Shown here: one piece after another, positions 51,408-60,671 of the stretch | Position numbering within the stretch: the stretch's first letter is position 1 | Layout of the letters: every line of letters begins with the position of its first letter | Origin: Halarcobacter sp. | GTDB taxonomy: Bacteria > Campylobacterota > Campylobacteria > Campylobacterales > Arcobacteraceae | Direction of reading: 5' to 3' | Assembly: GCA_048571215.1 (NCBI GenBank) | Contig: CP182352.1 | Span: forward strand, 2,176,001 to 2,240,000 | DNA: 64,000 nucleotides | Translations under genes and position numbers: made by a program | The notes under the pieces: generated by a model | The model's database searches: none | What the model was told of the DNA's origin: nothing | Seen by the model: the letters and a program-made list of their open reading frames with translations, nothing else

Positions 51408-52737
51408 GAGACCGTTCAAAAATCTGTGTCAAGTCACCTAAAGTAACAAATCCATACTTGTTACAACTCTAAATAATTATCCAATCTCCCTTCGAAAAAT
51501 ATAGCAAGTTGGGAGATTGTTAAACTCCAATTATGCACTGGCTGAGTCCATTTTACTTTTGCATTTAATATTCCCATATACAACAATTTTAAAAGTGAAT
51601 TCTCATTAGGGAAAGCTCCTTTTGTTTTGGTTAATTTTCTAAATTGCCTATGTACAGATTCAATAATATTTGTAGTGTACATAATCTTTCTTATCTCTTT
51701 TGGATATTTAAAATAATAAGATAAATTCTCCCATTTATTTTGCCAAGATTGAAGTACTATGGGATATCTTTTCCCCCATTTTTCATCTAGTTTTAAAAGC
51801 TCATCTTCTGCAAGTTCTTTTGTTGTTGCTTGATAAACAAGTTTTAAATCTCTCATAAACTCTTTTTGGTCTTTAGAAGCTACATACTTCAATGAATTAC
51901 GAATTTGATGTACAACACAAAGTTGTACTTCGGTATTTGGATATATTGTTTTAATAGCTTCAGGAAAGCCTTTAAGACCATCTACTGATGCAATTAGTAT
52001 ATCTTCTAATCCTCTATTATTTAAATCAGTAAGAACACTAAGCCAGAAGTTTGCTCCTTCACTTTGGGATAAATATAATCCTAATATATCTTTTTTACCA
52101 TCAATTCCCATCCCTAAAACTGTGTAAACTGCTTTACTCACATACTTCCCACCATCTTTTATTTTATAATGTATCGCATCAAGCCATACAAATGGATAAA
52201 TAGCTTCTAAAGGTCTACTTTGCCAAGCTTTTACCTTATCTATAATTTTATCTGTAATAGTGCTTATTGTTGCACTTGATAATTGTATTTGATATATCTC
52301 TTCAATATGTTTTATAATATCTCTATAGCTTAATCCTAAGCCATACATAGATAATATCTTTTCTTCTATTTCATTAGACATTGTTGTTTGGTTTTTCTTT
52401 ACAAGTTGTGGTTCAAAAGAACCTGTTCTATCTCTTGGAGTATTCAATTCAAAGGAACCACTTGTTGATTTTATTGTTTTAGAGCTTTTACCATTCTTTC
52501 TATTTTTATTTCCTGCAAATACATCTTGAGTTATATGAGAATCTAATTCTGCTTCTAAAGCAGCTTCAACTAATTGTTTTACTAATGGAGCAAGTACTCC
52601 ATCTTTACCATTGATATTTTTACCTGCAAGTAAATCTTGTACAGCTTCATTAAAATCAAATTGTTTTTTCTTTTCCATCTATATCAATCCTTATAATATT
52701 TATTATATCAGACTGACACAGATTTTCTAACACTCCC
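51408..52737 (-). mobile_element. IS256-family insertion sequence
   Basis: Imperfect terminal IRs sharing AAAATCTGTGTCA; 8-bp target duplication GTGTCTTA at 51400-51407 and 52738-52745. Confidence 0.95.
51461..52678 (-). CDS. IS256 (Mutator) transposase
   Basis: PRDR, VWLDA, VDGLKG, QLCVVHQIRN, YTTNIIES. Confidence 0.97.
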   Translation of the reverse strand: MEKKKQFDFNEAVQDLLAGKNINGKDGVLAPLVKQLVEAALEAELDSHITQDVFAGNKNRKNGKSSKTIKSTSGSFELNTPRDRTGSFEPQLVKKNQTTMSNEIEEKILSMYGLGLSYRDIIKHIEEIYQIQLSSATISTITDKIIDKVKAWQSRPLEAIYPFVWLDAIHYKIKDGGKYVSKAVYTVLGMGIDGKKDILGLYLSQSEGANFWLSVLTDLNNRGLEDILIASVDGLKGFPEAIKTIYPNTEVQLCVVHQIRNSLKYVASKDQKEFMRDLKLVYQATTKELAEDELLKLDEKWGKRYPIVLQSWQNKWENLSYYFKYPKEIRKIMYTTNIIESVHRQFRKLTKTKGAFPNENSLLKLLYMGILNAKVKWTQPVHNWSLTISQLAIFFEGRLDNYLEL

Positions 52738-52745
52738 GTGTCTTA

Positions 52746-53040
52746 ATTTTATTTTGTATTTGTTTGTTGATTTTATTTTAGTGTTATTCGTTTTATCTTA
52801 GTTTTTTTAATTTAATTTTTTACTGTTTTTATTTATTTAGTTTTTAAATATTTTTTAGTTTTTATTTTGTTCTTTTAACTTTGTTTTACTATTTTTTATT
52901 TTAATGTTTTTGTAATTTTAATTTTGTTCTATTTTAATGTTTTTGTAATTTTTTTGATTCTTATTTTTTTAACTTTTGTTTTACTATTTTTATTTTTTCT
53001 TTAATTTTATTTTTTCTGTTTTTTATTTACTTAATTTAGA
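52746..53040. repeat. T-rich low-complexity tract with internal duplications
   Basis: Predominantly T on + strand; TTTTAATGTTTTTGTAATTTT twice, TTTGTTTTACTATTTTT twice. Confidence 0.8.
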
Positions 53041-53249
53041 TTGCTCTTAAATTAGCCAATTAAGACTAATCAAGAGTAGTATATCTTAATTATTTATCTT
53101 TGTCTAGTAAGTTCTAAAAAATATAAATTTATTCACAGAATAAAACAATAAAAAAAGCATTAATTTTTAAATTAATAACTTATTTTCTCTTCTAATCCTA
53201 TCTCAACAAACCAAGTGCTATTATTCTCCCCTAAAAAAAGGAGAATAGC

Positions 53250-54191
53250 ATGAAACTAACTGAAGTTATAAAAGATTTTAAATTTCATTGTGAATATGAA
53301 AAAAACTTAAGTGAAAAAACATTACAAGCGTATAATATAGATTTAAAACAATTTCAAGAGTTTAAAGATTATAAAAGTATAGATATTAAAGATTTTGATA
53401 AATACAAATTAAAAGATTATATTCAAAGTTTATATACACAAGACTTTAAAGCAAAAACTATAAAAAGGAAAGTTGCAGTTTTAAAAGCTCTTTTTACATA
53501 TTTAGAATTTGAAGAAATGATTTTAGTTAGTCCATTTAGAAAAATGAGAGTTTCGATTAAAGAACCTAAAAATCTACCTAAAACAATGGAACTAAAAGAG
53601 GTAAGAAAAGTTCTAAAATATTTATATAAATCAAAAGAAGAATTTTTAGATAAAGATGTTTATACATACAAAGCATTGGTAAGAGATATAGCAATAATAG
53701 AGATTTTATTTTCAACAGGTATAAGAGTATCTGAGTTATGCAGTATAAAACAAAAGAATATAAATTTACAAGCTGGGATTATCAAAATAAAAGGTAAAGG
53801 AGATAAAGAAAGGATAATACAAATATGTGATAATGAAGTAAAAAAAATACTTAGAGAATATATAAATTTATTTAGTATTCAAATGGAAAAAACAGAATAT
53901 TTTTTAGTTAATAGATTAGCAAATAAAACTTCAGAACAATCTGTTAGACTTATGATAAAAAAATATCAAAAGCTATGTGGTCTTGATAAACATATTACTC
54001 CCCATATGTTTAGACATAGCTTTGCTACTTTACTTTTAGAAGAAGGTGTTGATATACGATATATACAGCACATGTTGGGACATTCTTCAATCTCTACAAC
54101 CCAAATTTATACTCAAGTTAATATGAAACAACAGAAGAAGATACTGAATACAAAACATCCAAGGAGGGGTTTAAGTTTTGTAGATGAATGA
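53250..54191 (+). CDS. Xer-like tyrosine recombinase
   Basis: TGIRVSEL, KGKGDKER, TPHMFRHSFAT, LGHSSISTTQIY; TGA stop. Confidence 0.95.
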   Translation: MKLTEVIKDFKFHCEYEKNLSEKTLQAYNIDLKQFQEFKDYKSIDIKDFDKYKLKDYIQSLYTQDFKAKTIKRKVAVLKALFTYLEFEEMILVSPFRKMRVSIKEPKNLPKTMELKEVRKVLKYLYKSKEEFLDKDVYTYKALVRDIAIIEILFSTGIRVSELCSIKQKNINLQAGIIKIKGKGDKERIIQICDNEVKKILREYINLFSIQMEKTEYFLVNRLANKTSEQSVRLMIKKYQKLCGLDKHITPHMFRHSFATLLLEEGVDIRYIQHMLGHSSISTTQIYTQVNMKQQKKILNTKHPRRGLSFVDE

Positions 54192-54193
54192 TT

Positions 54194-54209
54194 GATAATA
54201 GGTAGTTAT
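54194..54209 (+). repeat. Putative recombination site, left
   Basis: GATAA-TAGGTAG-TTAT; exact inverted copy at 57447-57462. Confidence 0.75.
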
Positions 54210-56331
54210 GATTAAGAAATTATTTGACCGTGAACATGAAAGACATCTTTTAAAAACTTTTTTTGAGAGTAATGATTCCTTTTTTATTGTAATTGGAGAA
54301 AGTGGTGTTGGTAAAAGTTCTATTATCCAAAATACTTTAATAAAAAACTTTTCTTTATCAGAAATAATATCAATATCTTTTAAACCTGAAAATAATATAA
54401 ATAATTTTATTGAAGATGAAGATTTTCTTAAAAATCGGATACACAGTTTATATAGTGAATGTAGAAAAAGAAATATAAATATAGTAAAAAATATAACGAT
54501 AGATTTTAAAGATAAACTTTCAACAATATCGACTAGTGTAGGTATTTCAGGACCGGTAATAGGTTTGGGATTTTCAAATAAAAATATAACTGTTGATGAA
54601 GATTATATTATTCAGTTTGATAAAATAATATATGGTAAACCATATAAAATAATATATTTTTCTAATATAGAACTAGCTAATGCAAATGACTTAAAAATTG
54701 TTGAGCTTTTTTTTAAGTTAGTTAGAAATAAAAAATTAAATATAAAAATGATATTTGAAGTAGGTACATTAAGTGAAAATACAAATTCTACTTTTTTAAA
54801 AAAGCTTTTAGAAGAACATGATGTTTTAGTAAAGCCTTTTAATGAATATTTTACAAATGACTTTTATAAGTTCTATCATAAAGCTAATCCACCGATTGAG
54901 CTATTTGCAAAATCAAAGGGCAATCCCTTTTATATAGTTCACTATTCAAAAAGTATAAAAAATTTTGCAATATTTGATTTAATTAAATCAAAACTTGCTT
55001 CATTAGATATAGACTTATTAAATATAGTCTATACATTATATATACTTGGAGGTTCTGCATCTATTAAAGACTTCAAAGAATTAAGTGAAATTAAAATTGA
55101 TACATTATTATTTCAAATTGAACAATTAGAATTACTTGAAATTCTAACAATCTATAAAAATAAAGTTTCATTTTTTCACTCATTTTTTTCTATATTTTTA
55201 GATACGAAAGACTCAGTAGTTTTAACAGAAATTAGTATTAGAATTAAAAATAGGTTGTTAAATGATTTAGAAAATATTCAAGATGATAATATCCTTTTAC
55301 TGATAAATCTTTTATATAAAACTAATGAAATTAAGAAATTAAGAAAGGTTGGATGGGATTTAGCAAAAAAAACATATTTAGAGCAAAAATATAATTTAAC
55401 AATTTTTATTTGTAAGATACTAATAGAAAATATTTCTGAAAAAAAGTTAAAAACTTTTCCTTCTCTTTTACTAATTCAGTCTTCTATATTAATTGGTAAT
55501 GCTCAAAATTATTTAAAGTACCTAAAAAAATTTGTAAGTATAGATATTAATAATAAATATCTTGTTTCATGCATCAAATCACAGTTACTTTACCAAGAAA
55601 ATAAGTTTCAAGAATCAGTAAATGAAATAGAGAGAACTTTAAAAGAAATTAATAACCAAAGGCTTGAAATAATTCTTTTAGGACTGAATTGTAGTAATTA
55701 TATTGCACTAGGAAACTTTAAAGAAGCTAAAAGTAATTTCATACAAGCAAAAAGCCTTGCAGAAATATTAAATTATAAAGAAATTCTTTTTGAACTTTTA
55801 CGACTTAGTCCTAAGATATTTGGTTGGAAAGTGGGAAGTGAGCTAATATATAAATTTACTAACAATAAAATATCTAATAGTTATGAATATACTAAATACA
55901 AATCTAAACATAATTTAGGTTTTGCAAAAATTCTTACAACAGAAGGTAAAGAAGGACTTGATGAACTATTAGAATCCAAAAGTTATTTTGAAATAAACAG
56001 TATGCCAGAAGTCACTTATTCAGTTGTAGGATTGTCTGTTTATTTAATACTAAAAGAATCATTAGATGATGCAATGTTCTATTTATTAGATGCAAAAAAG
56101 TTTTATACTAAAGCTTTTAATATTTTAAATAATAGAGATAAACCTTTATCTGACCCTATACTTGTATATAAATCAAACTATAACTTATCTTTAATTTATT
56201 TAATTTTAGGAGATTATCCAAATGCAAAGAAGTTTTATAATAATATTTCTATACCAACTTCGGCTTCTTTCTATGAAGCAAGAATAAAGAAAAATGAATG
56301 GTTATATAAAACTATAAAAGAAAAAAGATAA
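54208..56331 (+). CDS. P-loop NTPase with helical/TPR-like C-terminus (STAND-like)
   Basis: FDREHE, GESGVGKS, SKGNPFY. Confidence 0.7.
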   Translation: MIKKLFDREHERHLLKTFFESNDSFFIVIGESGVGKSSIIQNTLIKNFSLSEIISISFKPENNINNFIEDEDFLKNRIHSLYSECRKRNINIVKNITIDFKDKLSTISTSVGISGPVIGLGFSNKNITVDEDYIIQFDKIIYGKPYKIIYFSNIELANANDLKIVELFFKLVRNKKLNIKMIFEVGTLSENTNSTFLKKLLEEHDVLVKPFNEYFTNDFYKFYHKANPPIELFAKSKGNPFYIVHYSKSIKNFAIFDLIKSKLASLDIDLLNIVYTLYILGGSASIKDFKELSEIKIDTLLFQIEQLELLEILTIYKNKVSFFHSFFSIFLDTKDSVVLTEISIRIKNRLLNDLENIQDDNILLLINLLYKTNEIKKLRKVGWDLAKKTYLEQKYNLTIFICKILIENISEKKLKTFPSLLLIQSSILIGNAQNYLKYLKKFVSIDINNKYLVSCIKSQLLYQENKFQESVNEIERTLKEINNQRLEIILLGLNCSNYIALGNFKEAKSNFIQAKSLAEILNYKEILFELLRLSPKIFGWKVGSELIYKFTNNKISNSYEYTKYKSKHNLGFAKILTTEGKEGLDELLESKSYFEINSMPEVTYSVVGLSVYLILKESLDDAMFYLLDAKKFYTKAFNILNNRDKPLSDPILVYKSNYNLSLIYLILGDYPNAKKFYNNISIPTSASFYEARIKKNEWLYKTIKEKR

Positions 56332-56456
56332 ATCTAATTAATGATGTTTATGACAAAAAAACTTGGCCTGTGAGTAAATTTAATTTTACACTTTCTAAGT
56401 TAAGTTTTTTTGACTTAAATTTAAAAATCATTACAAATGAGAATCTACCTAAAGAG

Positions 56457-57443
56457 CTATAGCTTTTTTTGTCTTTTTACTGAATATTTGATTAATTGTT
56501 CAAACATATCCTCAAAACTTTTAAAAAATGTATTAGCTACTTTTGAAAATGCAACTCCTGTTAAAAAAGGACCTGTATTTATTTCTAATAAATAAGCATC
56601 CCTATTTTTTATATCATATCTAAAATCCATACGACAATAATCTTTAATTTCTAAAAAATCGATTAGTTTTTTAGCTATATTTACAAGTGTGACATCCTTT
56701 ATACACTTTAATTCCCTAACAAATCCTGATTCTTTTTCTTTTGCATAAGAAGAAATATAGTTACCCTCATATTCTTGCCTTAAAGGTAAAATCTTCCAGT
56801 TATCAGTATGAATACATGCAACAGTAACCTCTTCGCCTAGTAATGCTTCTTCAATCAAAATATCATCAATACCATTTTCCAATAAAACTTTTATATTACC
56901 AATAGCTTCTTCATAAGAGTAAGCTAAAGGGTTTTTTACAAACTCCATTCCAATGCTATTATCAAACTTAGATGGTTTAATAAATAAAGGAAGAGAAAGG
57001 CTAGAAATAGAATCAAATGAAAAGTCATACTTATTACTAAATAATATTGAATTTGAAGTGGTTATACCTTTACTTGTCACAACTTTTTTTAATAAATCTT
57101 TATCTTGACATAACGTTTGAACAAAGGAAGAAGAACCTATATAGGGCTTTTTTATCAAGTGCAAAAATGAAGGAAGATGAGAACCAATAAATATATTAGA
57201 TCCATCTGTTAGATTCCAAAAAATTGAATTATCATATTTTTCTATAAGATTAAATATTTCTTTTCTATTTAATTTATGATAATCTAACAATATAACATTA
57301 AATCCTATACTTTCAAGAGAAGACTTTACTATATTAATTTCATCTAATGATGCTAAAAACCTTGAGAAAACATAAGGATTTTTCAATCCTTTATTTTTTT
57401 TAATCCAATCCTCTCTTGATTCAAAAAATAAAAATATATTCAT
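56457..57443 (-). CDS. ATP-grasp ligase (D-Ala-D-Ala ligase-like)
   Basis: PYIGSS, PLFIKP, LIEE, CRMDFR, LLEINTGP. Confidence 0.85.
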   Translation of the reverse strand: MNIFLFFESREDWIKKNKGLKNPYVFSRFLASLDEINIVKSSLESIGFNVILLDYHKLNRKEIFNLIEKYDNSIFWNLTDGSNIFIGSHLPSFLHLIKKPYIGSSSFVQTLCQDKDLLKKVVTSKGITTSNSILFSNKYDFSFDSISSLSLPLFIKPSKFDNSIGMEFVKNPLAYSYEEAIGNIKVLLENGIDDILIEEALLGEEVTVACIHTDNWKILPLRQEYEGNYISSYAKEKESGFVRELKCIKDVTLVNIAKKLIDFLEIKDYCRMDFRYDIKNRDAYLLEINTGPFLTGVAFSKVANTFFKSFEDMFEQLIKYSVKRQKKL

Positions 57444-57446
57444 TTG

Positions 57447-57462
57447 ATAACTACCTATTATC
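57447..57462 (-). repeat. Putative recombination site, right
   Basis: ATAACTACCTATTATC is the reverse complement of 54194-54209. Confidence 0.75.
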
Positions 57463-57573
57463 TATTGTTAAATTTAATAAATATTTTAGCAGGTTATTTA
57501 TTAAAACTTTTTGCTTATTATTGAAAAGTATGAGATAATATGAACATAGTTTACTTTACTATTAAATACTTCT

Positions 57574-57984
57574 ATGTTAAATAAATTAAATACAAATACT
57601 TTAAAAGAGTCTTATATCCTTTCTAATGAAGAAATAAAATTATCTAGACAATTCATTATAGAAAATCAAAATATAATGCAAAAAGATTTTGAAGAAAGTC
57701 TATCGGAAAACAAATTATTAATTTTAATTAACCCTATACATGTACCAATAAAAGAAAATTATATACTTGCTATGAAAGCAATAGTTATTATGAAAGAAAA
57801 TTGAGCAAAAAGATTAGATGAATTTGATAATTATTTCAATATAACAGATAATAAACTATCTGATTATCATGATAAAATAAATAAATTAAAAAAGGAAGTG
57901 GATAAACAACAGAAACTTGATGAGAAAAAAGCAAATACATTAATGAATAAGATTAAGAGTTGAGATTATTTAGATGAAAAATAA
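57574..57984 (+). CDS. Hypothetical protein, 136 aa if TGA=Gly
   Basis: Track ORF continues through two TGA to TAA; terminator at ~58012-58052. Confidence 0.65.
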
Positions 57985-58104
57985 AAATCAGCAATTCTAA
58001 AAAACAAAGCAAAAAAATCAAGGTAGTATAAATCTCCACCTTGATTTTTTTTAGCTAATTGTTTTTTGCCCTTAAATCACTTTTATTTTTTAATATTTGT
58101 GATT

Positions 58105-58437
58105 ATGAATACAAATATACTTATGGATTTATCAAGAAATACTCTTTGAGCTTGATATTTAGATGTTCAATTTTTAGTTGAACTTGTTGAAAAATACAAT
58201 CTTGATATAGATGATATATCTGAAAATATTGAATTCTGTTTTTGAAAAGAGTTTAAAACAGATATAAACTATTTCATTTATGAAGCTTTAACTCAAATTG
58301 CTTCAAAATTTATTGAATCAAATATTGAATTATTTGAATCTGAAAGTAATGAATTTGAAATCTATACAAATTTTTTTGATAGTCATATATATTTCACTTC
58401 GGAAATTGTTCAAAGTGAATTTGAGAACTTTTATTAA
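58105..58437 (+). CDS. Acidic hypothetical protein, 110 aa if TGA=Gly
   Basis: MNTNILMDLSRNTL*A*YLDVQFL...; three TGA, no GGN codons seen. Confidence 0.75.
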
Positions 58438-58456
58438 AAAGTTCTCTTTTTAAACT

Positions 58457-58627
58457 TTAATAATACCTCTTCAAACACTCTTCACACATCTTATGAGAAA
58501 TAGAATAACCTTTAGCATCCCATTTCTCAGTAAATTCATCTAAACTATCACATCAAGGACATAGCTCAATATATTTTCTATCTTCATCTATATATAAAAT
58601 ATTCTCTTTTGCTTCTCTATAAAACAT
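58457..58627 (-). CDS. 56-aa putative Zn-binding protein, TGA=Gly
   Basis: MFYREAKENILYIDEDRKYIELCP*CDSL...ISHKMCEECLKRYY. Confidence 0.65.
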
Positions 58628-59047
58628 ATAAATATAAATTAATTGGTATTTTAATTGAGTGCTTTGGCGAACAAAAAAAGCGGAGAAAGCTATCACCGCA
58701 AAACCAAACATATTAGATGTATCAATCACATAAAATAAGTGGAAATGATAACTTCCTCCACTCTTTAAATGATTGATTTAAAATAATTCTATTATGTATG
58801 ATTTTGCTTTTTTACTATAAACATTTTTCTAAATATTTCAAATATATTTTAGAACTTCTAAAATGTTTGTACAACACATTTATACAAAAAAATAGTATTT
58901 TAAAATTTAAAGACAATTACTATATTGATGGTATATTAAATTAGCATTAAAGAGCCTAAAAATAGTATTTTTTTGACAAAAAATAAAATTTTATGCTTTA
59001 ATTAATTTCGTTGCGCAACGACTTTAAAATTTAAATAAAATATTATA

Positions 59048-59413
59048 TTGAATACATTTGAAACCCTTTTAGAGATAAAAACAGCAAAAAAGAATTTATC
59101 TCTAAAAGCAATATATATAAAACATCCAAGTAAAAAATTAAAATGAACCTTTTATATTTACTACTTTGATAAAATTAGTCACTCTTTACATATCAACTGA
59201 ATAAATAAAAAAACTATTTCAGAAAGTTCGCTAGAAGAGATTATAAATAGAGTATTTAAAAAAGAAGAAAATAAAAATAAAAAACCAAGTGTTTTTTACT
59301 TTTCTATGCAAGATGATATTGTGTATATTGATAGAGTTAAATTAAAAGCTCAAACAAATAAAAAATGAGAAATTATAAAACTACTTATTGATAGTTCAAA
59401 ATTATACTCTTAA
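59048..59413 (+). CDS. Basic hypothetical protein, ~121 aa if TGA=Gly
   Basis: TTG start; three TGA, no TAA/TAG in 366 bp; start uncertain. Confidence 0.6.
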
Positions 59414-59419
59414 GAAATC

Positions 59420-59640
59420 TAGAGATTATCATCTATTGGTTTTACCAATAGAGCAAGTTTGCACATTTTCTAGAATTCTTAAGAATTCATCGAAAAAGTG
59501 CGAAACTTGTTCAGGGAAATTAAATTAAAAATTTATCCCTAAAAACCCTTATCAAAAAAATAAAAAACTTGTGATTATAAATTAAAAATTGATAGTTTTT
59601 TATGAAGTCGCAAAACTATAAAGTTTTACTCAAAATGAGA
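59420..59640. other. Candidate oriT / inverted-repeat cluster
   Basis: TCTATTGG-TTTTA-CCAATAGA; CAAGTTTGCAC...GTGCGAAACTTG enclosing GAATTCTTAAGAATTC; upstream of mob genes. Confidence 0.45.
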
Positions 59641-59658
59641 GATAAAAATAAGCGTATT

Positions 59659-59889
59659 TTATCTCCCTAATAAGAAATCCTCTCTTACAGCTTCTCTACC
59701 CCTTTCTATAAAATATAGAATTGTAGAAGTAAGAGTATTTCTATTTAAAAGCTCTTGCAATTTCTTTAACTCATCATATTCCCTTTGAGTGAAAGAAAGC
59801 ATAACCTTTTTTTCTCTTGATTCTTCTTTTTCAAGTTTAGGTCTTCCGACCACTCTATTTTTTCTTCGTTCTAGTTCTTCTTTATCCAT
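59659..59889 (-). CDS. Small DNA-binding protein (RHH/CopG-like)
   Basis: GRPK..KKVMLSFTQREYDEL; AAGGA RBS. Confidence 0.65.
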   Translation of the reverse strand: MDKEELERRKNRVVGRPKLEKEESREKKVMLSFTQREYDELKKLQELLNRNTLTSTILYFIERGREAVREDFLLGR

Positions 59890-60065
59890 AGTAAAATTCC
59901 TTTAAAAGAATTATATATCAAAAAATATTAAATTACTATGCTTAAACTATTTAAATCTAGTTAAATCTATTTTTTCTTACTTTTTATTAATTAATACTAA
60001 GTATTTATTATAAAATTTAAGTAAAAATACTTTAAAATTAGTTTATATCAAATAAGGAGCCTGTT

Positions 60066-60293
60066 ATGACTAGTGATGAAAGAGTGATATTTGAAACCCT
60101 ATATTCAAAACATAAAAAAATTGCCTTAAGTAAAAAAGAAATGTCTTTGGAGTGCGGGATTAGTGTATCAACCCTAGACAGACTTAGAAAAAATGGCTTA
60201 GGATGTGCATATAAAAAAGAGCGAAATGGAGATATTTTTTATCCCTTAACAGAACTTGCAAAATATTACACACAAGTAGTACAAACTTATTAA
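60066..60293 (+). CDS. Excisionase/AlpA-like HTH protein
   Basis: LSKKEMSLECGISVSTLDRLRKNG. Confidence 0.75.
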   Translation: MTSDERVIFETLYSKHKKIALSKKEMSLECGISVSTLDRLRKNGLGCAYKKERNGDIFYPLTELAKYYTQVVQTY

Positions 60294-60307
60294 TTAAAGA
60301 GTTAATT

Positions 60308-60670
60308 ATGAGTAACTATCAAAAAGAGTATAAGAAACAATATAATGAAAAGAATAAAATAGTAACCTTTCCATTATCAAATGCCTTTTACAGCGAACTA
60401 AAAAAAAGAGCATATTATCTTGATGTAAAAACAAACTCTTATGCAAAAAATATTGTAACAGAGTATTTAAATGACAATGTTTTTAGAACTCTTACAAGTG
60501 AGAAAAAAGAGATTATCAAGGAGTATATACATATATCAAGAGGTATTGCTAATAACATCAATCAAATAGCTCATAAAACAAATATTGAATCAACAGTAGA
60601 TATTAATATTTTAATATCTTCATTAAAAAACTATGAAGATGAGTTTAAAAAATTCATAACCAAGATTTAA
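60308..60670 (+). CDS. mobC: Mobilisation accessory protein MobC
   Basis: IANNINQIAHKTN; directly before relaxase. Confidence 0.85.
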   Translation: MSNYQKEYKKQYNEKNKIVTFPLSNAFYSELKKRAYYLDVKTNSYAKNIVTEYLNDNVFRTLTSEKKEIIKEYIHISRGIANNINQIAHKTNIESTVDINILISSLKNYEDEFKKFITKI

Positions 60671-60671
60671 T

